A stretch of DNA of 59,854 nt, filler included, from Jimgerdemannia flammicorona (GCA_003990765.1; 2 parts of 2 records of this genome joined end to end with filler, not necessarily neighbours in it); one strand, 5' to 3'; counted from the whole stretch's first letter, positions 47,895-59,570 are shown. Numbers and translations: made by a program. The notes: generated from the sequence alone by a model not told the origin.

Positions 47895-49289
47895 CTATCC
47901 TTCCCTCTCCTTCTTCGTCGGACTCTCCCAAGAATAATCATGGTATGGCGCCAACAAGGCCAGCACCTCATCCATCACCTTCCTCTCCGCTTTGGGGATT
48001 TCAATTAAACCCCTCTCCCTCTCTTTCACCTCCGTCCACGTTTCCACCGCCTCCTCGACCTGCTCCTTCATCTTCAGCCCGATGATTGTGGAGTCAACGC
48101 CGATCTCCTCCCGTGCCTTGAACGCATACTGACTCGCCAGCTTGGCGATGTTGAAACCAGCCGCTTTGGAGACCTCCATGGCTTTGCGCGCGGCCTCACG
48201 GAGCTCTGCGTGCGCCGGGTGCCATTCGGGCGGGCCTGACGGGCGGAACAGGCCCATGCTCAAAGGAGAGGCGTTGAGGATATAGCGGACGCCTGCAGCA
48301 CGAAGAAGTGGCGCGTATTGAGCCAGGGTGGTGTTTTGGAGGGTGTAGTGACAGTAGGACAGGATGATATCTAGGTTTTGGCCTTTTGCATGCTGGTGTT
48401 GCGCAATCTTGAGGAGAACCGGAAGTGGGTAGCCTAATGTATTATTAGGAGACGAGAGATTAGTATGGGTGAGTTTCAGTTGTTGGCCAACATACAATAG
48501 ATATGACGGCAGCTATATGATTCAGGTTGTGCCTTGTGTGTGACATACCGCTACAACCAACGAAGCTGATCTTTCCCTCACCCTTTCAGCGGCATAAGAA
48601 CGCGATAAGAATATTAGAAAGTCTGCCTTCAGGCAAACTAGTAAGTGAACACGCATAACCAGAACCGAACCTCCACAACGCTAACCATCACTCACCTTCA
48701 ACTTGAACAACGCTTCTAGCGCGCCGCCCTCGCCCACTATATTTTCAAACGGCACGAACTCAACATCATGGCAGTAAACGATGTCTAGGTAATCAGTGTG
48801 CAGGCGGCGCAGGCTCTCCCCGACGCTAGCGGTTACGCAGGCGGAGGAGTAGTCGAACTCGCGCGCATAGTAGCCGTAGCGGCCGACCTTTGTGGCAATA
48901 TAGTAGTTCGAGCGCGGGAACTCGTCGGCGAGGTGGTGGAGGGCGTCGCCCAGAATGAACTCGCTGCGGCCATAGTAGGGCGAGGTGTCGAAGGAGTTGA
49001 TCCCTAGGGAGGGAGGGAGGGACAGTTAGCATGACAAGGAGAAAGCATACTTCGTGCGGCGGTCAAAGTTCCTCACCAGACTGCAAGGCCTGTCTGCAAG
49101 CTTCGACGGGCCACGAGGCTTCGATTTCGTCGTAGACTCCGGAGAACACGCCGGCGCCAAAGCCCACTTCAGATAGTTCAAGGTGATTACGCGGGACGTC
49201 CTGAAGAGATCGGAAAGGCGGTTGGCTACACTCCGTTACGACAAAAACATAGGTCTCTAGGGCACGATTGTCGGACTTACTTTAGCCAT
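47895..49289 (-). CDS. Aldo-keto reductase, D-arabinose/L-galactose dehydrogenase (ARA2-like)
   Basis: ATG GCT AAA|GTAAGT at 49289. VGFGAGVFS, GINSFDTSPYYG.SE..LG, TKVGRYG, SLRRLHTDYLDIVYCHDVEF, GYPL, SYCHYTLQN, NASPLSMGL, PEWHPA. Confidence 0.9.
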
Positions 49290-49892
49290 GTTTTCTAAGC
49301 GTGTTCGAGTACCCCTGATTATATGGGACACAATTTTTCAAAAAAAAGGTACTAATCCTGATAGGCCATAAGGCACCATTTGAAAAATTGCGCCCCATAT
49401 TTGAAGTCATGTGATCAGCCGAAAAATTCCTATTTTGTTCACGTGACTGAATTCGTATCGTGATACCCATCACGTGCTCTTACATAAGACACCCTGAATA
49501 TAGTAATATCTTGTTTTACAGACTCAGAGTTCCGCAGATTTTTATTGGAAGAGAACCTAGACTATATAGGCCAAAACCCTCCCCCACTACCTATCAAGCA
49601 CTACTCTCTTATTAACTTAGACTAGTTATTATCTAGTAGCTTAACTATGTCAGATATAATAGAGCTGATGGTGGCCTATACCTCATTCTGTGCACTATGC
49701 TCTTCCTACTATCAGGGAGAACTCAACTATATGCCAACAATTGAAAGCATATGTCTGAGATCCCAATATATATATAAAACTATACTTAAGCCAAATAGAA
49801 TAGCCTCTGCCACTCTAAAGAGAATGACAGATAAAAAAAAACTCTTATCAAAATATATCATAGTAGATAGAACCTAGTTCTCCCAGTTGAGG

Positions 49893-50336
49893 TATAATAA
49901 TTTTATAGTTATATTTAGTCTTAGTATATTTTCACATCTTTTAGTTAGTCTTTTCTTATTATTTCTTAAACATTCTACTATATTCTGTTATCTTCTACTT
50001 ACTTAGAAACTTTCTCTTAGTATACAGATACTATTAGAACATTTTTATCTTATCTTAGCTAGTCATAGAATCTTTTAGAACATTGTAGAATAGTATTAGT
50101 TAGCTTTATCAAGAACCTATTTTTTGGTATTTCTTTTTTTTTCTAAGATTCTTCTAGATCTTTCTTTCAGATCATATATAAATATTCTTATTCTCTACCT
50201 AAATAAAGCTCAGAATATTTTCTCTCAGAAATTCTTTGAGAATACTTAAACCTTTAAGTATCTCTTTGAGCTACTTTAGGTCAACCAGAACTTTCAGATT
50301 TAGCTGCTTCCTCTTAAAAAAACTAGAACCATTATA
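49893..50336 (+). repeat. 5' LTR
   Basis: Direct repeat of 54098-54560. Termini read TAT...ATA instead of TGT...ACA. Confidence 0.9.
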
Positions 50337-53300
50337 CTTGGTAGTAGTAGTATCATTATATCTTATTTTATTAAGAAACCTTATATAAATTCAGAAACCA
50401 GTCACAACTAGTCACATGAATCCAAAATGAGCTATAAAGAGTCAGTCTATTAGCCAGACCCCTCTGCTATAGAAGAAGCAAGAGGATTACAGCTCAATAT
50501 AGAAGATATAATTAATACTATAGCTTACCAAATTTAAGAACTTTAAGTACAATTAGAATAGCAGAAGATACAAACTGTGGATATATCATATCTTGCTATA
50601 GCACTAGTTAGTTTTAAGCCACTCAAGTCAGATACCTTCAATAGTCATTGAGGAGGACTATCTATAGATGCATGGACCTTTCAGTTGGATCAATACTTTG
50701 AGCTCACAAGAATGAAAGATAACATGTAAGTCTAATTTACTGCCACACTTCTCTGAGAAAATGCAGTCATCTGGTAGTCATATATATGAATTAGAGATTG
50801 GGAAGCTTTCAAGAGAGCTCTTCACAAGTAGTTCAAGTCTGCTAATACCACTAAGCTAGCCAGGGATAAGCTAGTAAACATCAAGCAACTCAAGTCTGTA
50901 CAAAGCTACAATACATAATTCTTATTAATTCTACTTGAGCTATCAGTAGTATCTGAGAATAAAAAGATAGACCACTATATCTGAGGCCTGAAGGGAAATA
51001 CATGAGTCAAGGTTGAGCTAGAAGAGCCCAAAACTCTTGATGAAGCCATGAGAATCACTGATAAATTTGATATTATCACCTTTGATAACTACTTTAAGCC
51101 AGAATGCCACAAGAAGAACTACTTTAAAAACTACTACAGAAACCAACCAAGGATAGTTAGTCCAGTACCAATGGACTTAGACACTATGAACAAAAAGAAC
51201 ACCAAGCTTATCTCTGAAGAAAAGGACCATCTGAAGAAATCTGGAGCCTGTTTCTTCTATCACCAAACAAGACACATTGCAACCAAATATCCTAGGAAGA
51301 CTAGTAAACCCTCAAGATCAGTTACCATATTGTCCAAGGACATACCTATCAATCTCACCACTAGTTAACTTGAGCTCAAGGTCAAGAAGCTTCATCCAAA
51401 GGCCCAGGTCCCTTAATATCAAATAGAAGGAGCCATTAGTCTTGACCTACACTCAGTCAAACAAGTCACTATTCTAGCCAAGGGCTATACTCTGGTGCCT
51501 ACTGGAATCATAGTTCAATGCCCCAAAGGACATTATGCTAGAATTGTACTACAATCAGAACTCAGTATCAAATATCATTTGGATATAAGTACTGATATCA
51601 TTGACCTAGACTTTTGAGGACAAGTTTAAGTCTTGCTTGTTAACTAGAAGGATCAAGAGTTAAAGAAGGAGACTGAGTCATGCAAATAATCCTGGAAAAA
51701 GCCAGCCAACTCAAGATTACAGAAGTCCAAGAACTCTCTGAAACCAAATGAGATCAAAAGGGTTTTAGCAGTACTGATCAAGCAATAAGTCTTAGTGAAA
51801 ATTGAGCTCAAGCTATACTCATTTTCAAAGACCTAGTCAAAGGAAAAGAAGTTCAAGTACTCATAGACAGTAGAGCTACAGAGAACTTCATCAATCAGAA
51901 TCTCATTGAAAGCCTCAAGAGCCTCACCAAGTCTGTACTCAAGAACAATAGCATAGTTATTACAGATGGTACTCTGCACTCCATTGAGTCAATTGCCACC
52001 AAATTGCTCATCAAGATCCAGAAATGTTGGGAATGAGTAGACTTTAAGGTTGTACCACTAAGAGATTATGACCTGATCTTAGGAAAACTCTGGCTTATGA
52101 AATATAATCCAGATATTGATTGGTGCAAGAATGAAGTCACTCTACTTCAAGATGGAGCCAACATTATGATCAAGACAGACAAGACTATGAGTAAGACCCA
52201 GATTGCAACACTGTCAGCTATACAGTATAAGAAAGCACTCAAGAAGATAATACATATCTTTATTATAATGATCTGCTCCAAGAAACAAGACAAAAGACTA
52301 TTAGTCAATAAAAGCATCAAGCTATTGCTAGAGGAATTCAAGGATGTCTTTCCAGACAAGTTACCTGGTCTACCACTTACACAAGAAGTTGATCATAAAA
52401 TTGAACTGACCCCAGGAGCTGTACCACTCAAGAAATATATATATTGCATATCATTACTTGAAATTGAAGCAGTCAAGAAGAAACTAGAAAAACTACTTAT
52501 ATGAGAAGCCATCTAGCCAAGCAAATCTCCTTATAGCTCACCAGTCTTATTCATCAAGAAGAAGAATAGTACTCTACAAATATGTATAGACTATTGTATA
52601 CTCAACAAACTCACTATCAAGAACTACTATCTATTATTCTTGATTGATCAAATCTTTGATGCTCTCAAGAATGCCAAGTACTTCACTAAGTTTGCTATAA
52701 CCACTGCTAATTCTTACTAAAAAGTTCAAGCAAGACACTATGGACTTTATAACTCAACTACTATAAACTCAATCTGGTGTTGATACTATTGTTATATTCA
52801 TTGACCATCTGATTAAGACTATGGTTGCTGAACCAACTACTACCAATACTACTGCACTTGAGATTACAAGAATCTTCTTCAAGTCTATCTTCTATCACTA
52901 TGGCCTACTACAAGTAATTGTTAGCCATTATAATCCCAAGTTCACTAGTCACTTCTGACAAACCCTCTTTAAGACTTTGGGAACCCAATTGGCTATATCT
53001 ACTACTTTTTACCCACAAACTGATGGACAAACTGAGTGCATGAACAGAACTCTAGAACAAATACTTAGAAACTATGTTTCTTATGAGCAAGATGATTGGG
53101 ACATCTATCTGACTTATACAGAGTTTGCATACAATAATGCTGTCCAATCATCTACTGGTCTTTCTCCTTTCTAGTTACTCCATGGTCAAGATCTCAAGAC
53201 TCCTACAAGTCTATTCTCTTTTAAGAAAACCAGTCAAATATAAGTTCCAACCACCAAGAACCTTATAGACAAAATAGATAAACTACTCAAGATTACTACC

Positions 53301-54097
53301 ATGAATCTTCAGAAGACTCAACAGCATCAAGCCAAGTATGCTGATAAGAAATACCATGATATCACTTACACTATTATAGATCAAGTCCTACTGTCTATCA
53401 AGAATCTCAAGATATAATCTTAAGTCAACTGCTCTTTGAACAAATTCCAACCCAAGTATATTGGACCTTTTGAAGATCTTTACATCCTTCTATCATCTCA
53501 AGCTATCTAAAATCATGAGAGTATACTTAGTCTTTTATATATTATATCTTAAGACCTGGAACTAGTCACCACTCTACCTTGGTCAAATTCCTAAGCCTTC
53601 TATCTCTGTGATTATTGAAGACCAATGAAGTCAAGAAAATTCTTGACAAATAAATCTGCTACTGTCATTCTGAATATCTAGTCAAGTGGATAGGTTATTC
53701 TGAATATGATGCTACCTGGGAACCACTAGTCAATCTCAAGAACTCTCAAGACCTAGTTTAAGACTTCAAGGCAAAATGCATTGCCTAATCCCTATAGTGA
53801 CTTTCTTGAATTGTCGATAACCTATAGTAATGACTAGTGTCTTATGTATTGGAAGTTTACTTTGAGACCCAGAATCAGCAGAACATTTAATGAATAAGAA
53901 GTCCACTAAAATGAAGCTACTAGCTGGGTTTGAACTCCTTTTAGTTGGTTAGTCTAGTAATAGGCCCTCTGCTCTATATGAGGATGGCTAATTCCTACCA
54001 ATATGCCAATTCAAGTTTGAGAAATTTTGGTTAAGTATATCTAGTCTTGTGTTATCTAAGAACTCAATGAGGATGTTGGTTCTTAAGGAGAGAGGGA

Positions 54098-54560
54098 TAT
54101 AACAATTTCACAGTCATATTTAGTCTTAATACATTTCATATCTTTTAGTTAGTTTTTTCTTATTATTTCTTGAATATTCTACTATATTCTATCACTTTTT
54201 ACTTATTTAGAAATCTTCTCTCAATACTCAGACACTACTAGAATATTCTTGTCTTTCTTTGACACTAAGTAGCTTGTCTTAGCTAGTTATGAAACCTTTT
54301 GAAACATTGTAAAATAGTATTAGTCAGCTTTGCTGAGAACCTATTTCTTGGCATTTCTCTTTCTTTCCAAGATCCTTCTGAATCTTTCTTTCAGATCATA
54401 TATAAATATTCTTATTCTCTACCTGAATAAAGCTCAGAATATTTTCTCTTAGAAATCCTTCAAGAATACTTGAACCTTTAAGTATCTCTTTGAGCTACTT
54501 TAGGTCAATCAGAACTTTCAGATTTAGCCACTTCCTCTTAAAGAAACTAAAATCATTACA
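54098..54560 (+). repeat. 3' LTR
   Basis: Follows the PPT, ends ...TTACA, then the TSD. Confidence 0.9.
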
Positions 54561-55104
54561 TGAGGTAAGTAAAGAACTTATATATGAGACAAGAGAAGAC
54601 CTCTAATATCCCACTACTCAAGTTTACAGGCCTCAATCATGTTGTTATATCAGCTCCTAGTTCTAGTTGAGTATAGCTAAGATACTTAAAATGGGTAGCC
54701 TTGGGCCCCCCAACCCCCCCTAATAACTAGGGCCCAACCCACTAAATTTCCAAAAGAAGCTGAGAGTGACACCTACTACTTAACTACTCCATACTGATCA
54801 AAAGGCCCCACTGAAGTAGTACTCACTCTAGCCTCAATAACTACCCCCAGTCTAGTATTCTACTGGTTTACCATAATTACTCTTCCTTTTATCTATGATG
54901 GCCATCTCTTCTCTTATTCTGACAATACCTGAAAAACAGTTACCTATATCAGAACCATGCTTGCCAGGAAGCTTGCCAAAGTCAGAGAGCTCTACTATAG
55001 ATACTAAGGACCTACAGATAACCTATACTGGACACTTAATGTCCAAGGTCAGCTAACTTCTTATATAATCTATAATGTACTGAGATAGTACCTTATTAGT
55101 GATA

Positions 55105-55916
55105 GCAAAGGAGGAGGAAGACCCAGCGGGAGCCAAGGGAGCGAACCCAGAGCCAGTGTCAAAGCGAACGGAAGATATGTGGAAAGGCATGTATAAGGGG
55201 GACAAACAAAGAACATAACTGAAATTGCATCAGGCATTTATTGCCACGTAAAAACGCAGTCCTTATATACAAAATACGATGTCCCAAAAGGGAGGATGTG
55301 CCACAAGTCAGGGCGAACCGAATTAGGAACCACATGACCGCCGGAGATAGGCGGAGATAAGAGGGGAGCCAATCCCAGTTGCAGGATAAAAATTACAAAC
55401 AAACACAAACAAAACAAATCCAAATCGAGATTAAAAAACATCCTTGCCCCCTCCGGGGTCTTGCGCTCGCTCTGGGGTCTCGGCCTTACTCCACTCCCCT
55501 CCACTGCCTTCAGGCTCGCTGCGGCTTGCTCCGTTTCGGCCTCACCCCTCGCTCCCGCTCACTCCTCTGGGGTCTGCAGATGTTTTTTAATCTCAATTTG
55601 GATTTGTTTTGTTTGTGTTTGTTTGTAATTTTTATCCTGCAACTGGGATTGGCTCCCCTCTTATCTCCGCCTATCTCCAGCAGTCATGTGGTTCCTAATT
55701 CGGTTCGCCCCAACTTATGGCGCATCCTCCCTTTTGGGACATTGTATTTTGTATATAAGGACCGCGTTTTTACGTAGCAATAAACACCTGATGCAATTTC
55801 AGTTATGTTCTTTGTTTGTCCCCCTTATACACACCTTTCCACATGTCTTCCGTTCGCTTTGACACTAGCTCTGGGTTCGCTCCCTTGGCTCCCGCTGGGC
55901 CTTCCTCCTCCTCTGC
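55105..55916. repeat. About 810-bp terminal palindrome (about 335-bp arms, 136-bp GC-rich spacer)
   Basis: 55105-55442 is the near-exact reverse complement of 55579-55916. Confidence 0.95.
55752..55784 (+). promoter_or_regulatory. TATA box (TATATAAGG) and AATAAA within the pLTR
   Basis: TATATAAGG lies about 90 bp upstream of the ORF1 ATG (55843). Both motifs are present in all three pLTR copies. Confidence 0.5.
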
Positions 55917-57058
55917 TGTACCGCCTGCCCTTGGGGCCGCCATCCTCATTGACGAGCTCATGGATGAGGTACTTCCTCCTCCTCCCCCCCCTGCCTTCAC
56001 CCCACCACTGTCTCGTTCGAGACCTATGTCTCGTCCGCCATTCTTTCCCCCCCCTGGACCTTCGTCCTTCTGGTCGTCTGCTCCTCTCCCAGTTTCGGTC
56101 GGTTCTTGCCTTCTTCACCAAGGAGGCTCGTCTCCGCTGTGACGTCGACGTCGTCGCTCCGCCCGCCGTCCGCTATTCCGTTCTCCCTGAGGCTCGCCGC
56201 GCGGCTCTCTCTGAAGAGATTCACGCCACCACTGCCACCACCAAGCTTGCCGCCGCCGATGCCGCCGCCGCTTCCACCGCCACTGCCTCCACCTCCTTCT
56301 AACGCGCCTGTGCTGCTTTCGTGGCCTTCGCCTCCTCTCGCCTCTCGGATGCCACCCCTTTCTGTGGCTTCGCCATCCACGAAGTTCCTTCTGTCGCCGC
56401 CGACATTGACGCTGTACGTCATTTCCTCCTCGCCGGCACTTCCTTCGTTGCTCGCCTACATGAGCAAGAGTCGTCTCGCGCCACTGCTTCTGCTCGCGCC
56501 GCTGCCACTGCTCCCCTTCCTGCCTCCCCTGAGGTTTCAGTCTCTGAGGCCATTCATGCCGAAGCTCGTGCTGCTGCTCGTGCTGAGGTTCGTTTCTTCG
56601 CCACCGCCACTGCCAAGGTCCCCTCCAAGACCCCCGCCAAGACCCCTGCCAAGCCCAACCAGGCTTCGTCAGCCTCTTCTCAGTCCCCCTCTCTAGCCAA
56701 GGCCTCCTCCTCCATCCCCCCTGCCCCCAAGCGTGGCCATCAACTAGGTTCTCACCCTGTCAGGGCTTGGCCTTGTGCCGTCTGCTCTGGTCACCTCCAC
56801 CGTACCTACTGGTACCTGGCCAAGTCCGTCTGCCCCCATGGTGGTGTTCCTCGTGCTGCTGCCCCTTCGGCTACTCGCTCACCTTCCGCCTCCTCTGCCA
56901 GTTCCTCCTCCGCCTCCTCGACCCGTGCCCCTGAATGCAAGGGTTGCACGAAGGCCTGTGGCCGCAAGGTCTGGCACTCTGATGGGGTGTGCTCCCATTC
57001 GTCGGGTTCGCTGCCTTCAAAAAAAGTCAGAGGGAAGGAGAAGACCTCCCGCTCCTAA
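55843..57058 (+). pseudogene. PLE ORF1: Ala/Pro/Ser-rich protein with two Cys/His clusters; probable intron 55969-56092; one premature TAA at 56300
   Basis: MSSVRFDT...LMDE (55843-55968) joins in frame to FRSVLAFFTKE (56093 onward). The same frame continues across the TAA to CAVCSGHLH..CPH and CKGC..CG...H...CSH. Confidence 0.65.
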
Positions 57059-57145
57059 ACTTCCCCCTGGCCTGGTTCTCCCCTGGTGTCCCCGTTCCTT
57101 CTCGGATCCCGTCGTCGCTTCTGGTGTGCCCTGAGTGGTTCCTCA

Positions 57146-59073
57146 TGTTGTCCCCCCTTTGTCTTTCCCAGTTGCTTGTCCCGAACTTTCGGGTTTATTC
57201 TTCTCTTGGAACACTTTTGTCTCCTCCTTTTTCTTCGGCTGACTGCCCTCTTTCTCCTCTTCAAGTCTTTGTCTTATCTTTGGGTCCTTGCTTTGTTTTT
57301 CCTGCGACTCCCTCACAATTCTCCTTCACTGATCCGGCTTGTCTTACACGTTTTCGTCGTGCTCTTGACCTTACCATCTTCTTTAAAGATCGCGGTGAGA
57401 TGCCCTCTCACTATTTCATTCCCAGCGATTGGATCCCCCCTCCCAATGTCTCTTCACACTGCATATTCCTCGACATGGCTTGCACATTGTCCGTTTCTGG
57501 ATGCGCTCGCTCTTGCTTGGTTTCGGACCATGCCGTGTGTACTGCGCTTAAATCGGTCAGGCAATTGCCTATGCATTTGCTCACAATCACTGATAAGAAT
57601 CAGGGTTTTGCACTTATTCCTAAGTTGCTCTACCTTGATGGCCTTTCTGCCCTCCTTCGAGCTGTGGCTTACAAGCCTAGTGCTCTTGGATTGGATGAGG
57701 TTCTCCCTCTTCTTCGGGTTGCCCTGGCTCACGCCAGATCGCTTTCGGATTCCCCATTCGCGAACCCCATTTTTAACTTCTTCCATGACTCTTTGTCCTC
57801 TCCGGACGTTTGTCTTCCTATCTTCTATGCCCTTCCTAAGGTTCACAAGCCTATTTTGGCTTGGCGTCCCATTACAGCTGCTTATAATTCCCCCACCACT
57901 GAGATTTCGAAGTGGTTATCCTGCTTCTTCCTCTCCTGGATGGCTCTTTTACAACACCATCTTGGGCCTGAGTATACCATTCTTCGTGATACTCAGGAAC
58001 TCGCCCTTCTCTGCTCCACCATTGTGCCTGTTCACCGTTTTTCCCATTTGGCCTCTGGTGACTTCTCCTCCTTCTACACTGCTATTCGTTTTGATGAGAT
58101 CGATGATTGCCTTTGCTTCTTGGGTTCCATTGTTTTCCCTTTGGACTCCTCTGTCTCGCTGGCTTCCATTGTTGAGCTTACACTCCTCGTCTGTGGCTTT
58201 AATTACTTTGAGTCGGCCCTTGGCTCCTTTCACCAGACTTCTGGTATTGCCATGGGTATGAATTGTACCCCCACCCTTGCCAATCTTGTTGGCTTGGCTC
58301 ATGAACTTCGTGCGATACGTGATCCTTCTTCACCTCTTTCCATCGCGTTCTGGGCTGGAGATATCTTCTTTCGCCGATACATCGATGACTTCATTGTCCT
58401 TGCTGTTGCTGGTATTGATATCCCTAGTGTGTTTCGAGGCGTCTATCCTCCCCATCATTCTATTACCTGGGTGTGTGGTACGACCAGTATCCCCTTTTTG
58501 GACCTTTCCATTTCTCTTTCTCCTTTTTGAACTGTTGTTTATTCTCATTTCCCACATTCTCAACAGTTCCCTGACTTCTTGTCCAACCATCCTCGTCGCA
58601 CTCTTCTTGAATGTGTTCATGGTGAGGCTCATCGTCTTGCATTATGCTGCTCCCGTCATTCTGATTGGGTGTCTGCTGTTCGGGTTCTTGGCGACTTCGT
58701 GGTCCATCGTCGTGCCTACCCAATTTCTATCATTCGTGATCTGCTTGCTTCTGTTGAATGGTCTGTTGTTTGATCTTCCCTTCTCTCTCCTCTTTACCCC
58801 CCCTCCCTTCCCTCCCTCCCCCCTTACCCTCTCTGTACCCCCTCTTCTTTCCCACCCCCGATTCTTGTTGTACTATTTGATCATGCTTGCTGGGTCACTC
58901 AATGCCCTGATTCCGTCCTGCACTCTTCTCTTTCACACCATGGACTTTCATCTCTTTCCTGACACCCTCTGATTGCTCATTCGCATCTTCCTTCTATTTC
59001 TTCTTTAATCCATCGCTCTCATTTTGTGTTTTCGTCACCTTCTGGTGCCTCTAGCTCTGCTGGAGAGGATTAA
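57146..59073 (+). pseudogene. PLE ORF2 reverse transcriptase (three in-frame TGA at 58528, 58771, 58960)
   Basis: VLSLGPCF, TDKNQG, FYALPKVHK..WRPI, GDFSSFYTAI, QTSGIAMG.NCTPTLANL, FRRYIDD, PFLDL, then thumb TVVY...SNHP...GEAHR..CS and YP. The frame ends at TAA 59071-59073 with no GIY-YIG motif. Start codon uncertain. Confidence 0.9.
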
Positions 59074-59570
59074 AAAACATCCTTGCCCCCTCCGGGGTCT
59101 TGCACTTACTCTGGGGTCTCAGCCTTACTCCACTCCCCTCTGCTGCCTTCGGCCCCTCACTTCACTCAGGCTCGCTGCAGCTCACTCCATTTTGGCCTCA
59201 CCCCTCACTCACGCTCACCCCTCTAGGGTCTATGGATGTTTTTTAATCCCGATTTGGATTTGTTTTATTTGTATTTGTTTGTGATTTTTATCCTGTAACT
59301 GGGATTGGCTCCCCCTTTATCTCCACCTATCTCCAGCGGTCATGTGGTTCCTAATTTGGTTTGCCCCAAGTTATAGCATATTCTCCCTTTTGAGATATCA
59401 TATTTTGTATATAAGGACTGCATTTTTACATGGCAATAAATGGCTGATACATTTTCAGTTATGTTCTTTGTTCGTCCCCCTTATACATGCTTTTCCACAT
59501 GTTTTCCATTCGCTTTGACACTGGCTCTGGGTTCACTCTCCTGGCTTCCACTGGGCCTTCTTCCTCCTCT
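59067..59570 (+). repeat. 3' pLTR including a perfect 16-bp inverted repeat (59067-59082 / 59234-59249)
   Basis: Direct copy of 55429-55912. GGATTAAAAAACATCC / GGATGTTTTTTAATCC. Confidence 0.92.

Larger units (their letters stand above)
49893..54560 (+). mobile_element. Chromoviral Ty3/Gypsy element with both LTRs: gag - dUTPase - PR - RT(truncated)/INT - chromodomain; degenerate and internally deleted
   Basis: TSD TGAGG at 49888-49892 and 54561-54565. PBS-like TGGTAGT at ~50339. PPT AAGGAGAGAGGGA at 54085-54097. Gag PVPMDLD plus degenerate knuckle; dUTPase 51370-51780; VLIDSRATENFI; RT N-terminus SP.SSPVLFIKKK; INT FYPQTDGQTE.MNR; chromodomain EYLVKWIGYSEYDATWEP (~53670-53725). Confidence 0.93.
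55105..59570 (+). mobile_element. Penelope-like retroelement (PLE) with no visible endonuclease; direct pLTRs plus an inverted 5' pLTR
   Basis: PLE-type RT motifs. Direct repeat 55429-55912 vs 59068-59570. Inverted arm 55105-55442 vs 55579-55916. Confidence 0.88.

Noticed and set aside
49400..49480. CACGTG E-box motifs upstream of the AKR gene (also at ~45357)
   Set aside because: Plausible bHLH sites but too short to support from sequence alone.
54566..55100. Possible LINE relic (LYWTLNVQG, APE-like start at ~55025) hosting the Gypsy and the PLE
   Set aside because: Only one short motif in very degraded sequence, which is insufficient support.
55770..55810. Hammerhead ribozyme in the PLE pLTR (CTGATG..)
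   Set aside because: The sequence reads CTGATGCA rather than CTGANGA and has no properly placed GAAA. I could not build the core by eye; an Infernal search would be needed.
57086..58972. Long hydrophobic ORFs of 391 and 231 aa overlapping the RT
   Set aside because: Alternate-frame artefacts of the A-poor, T/C-rich strand, where stop codons are rare. No motifs recognised.
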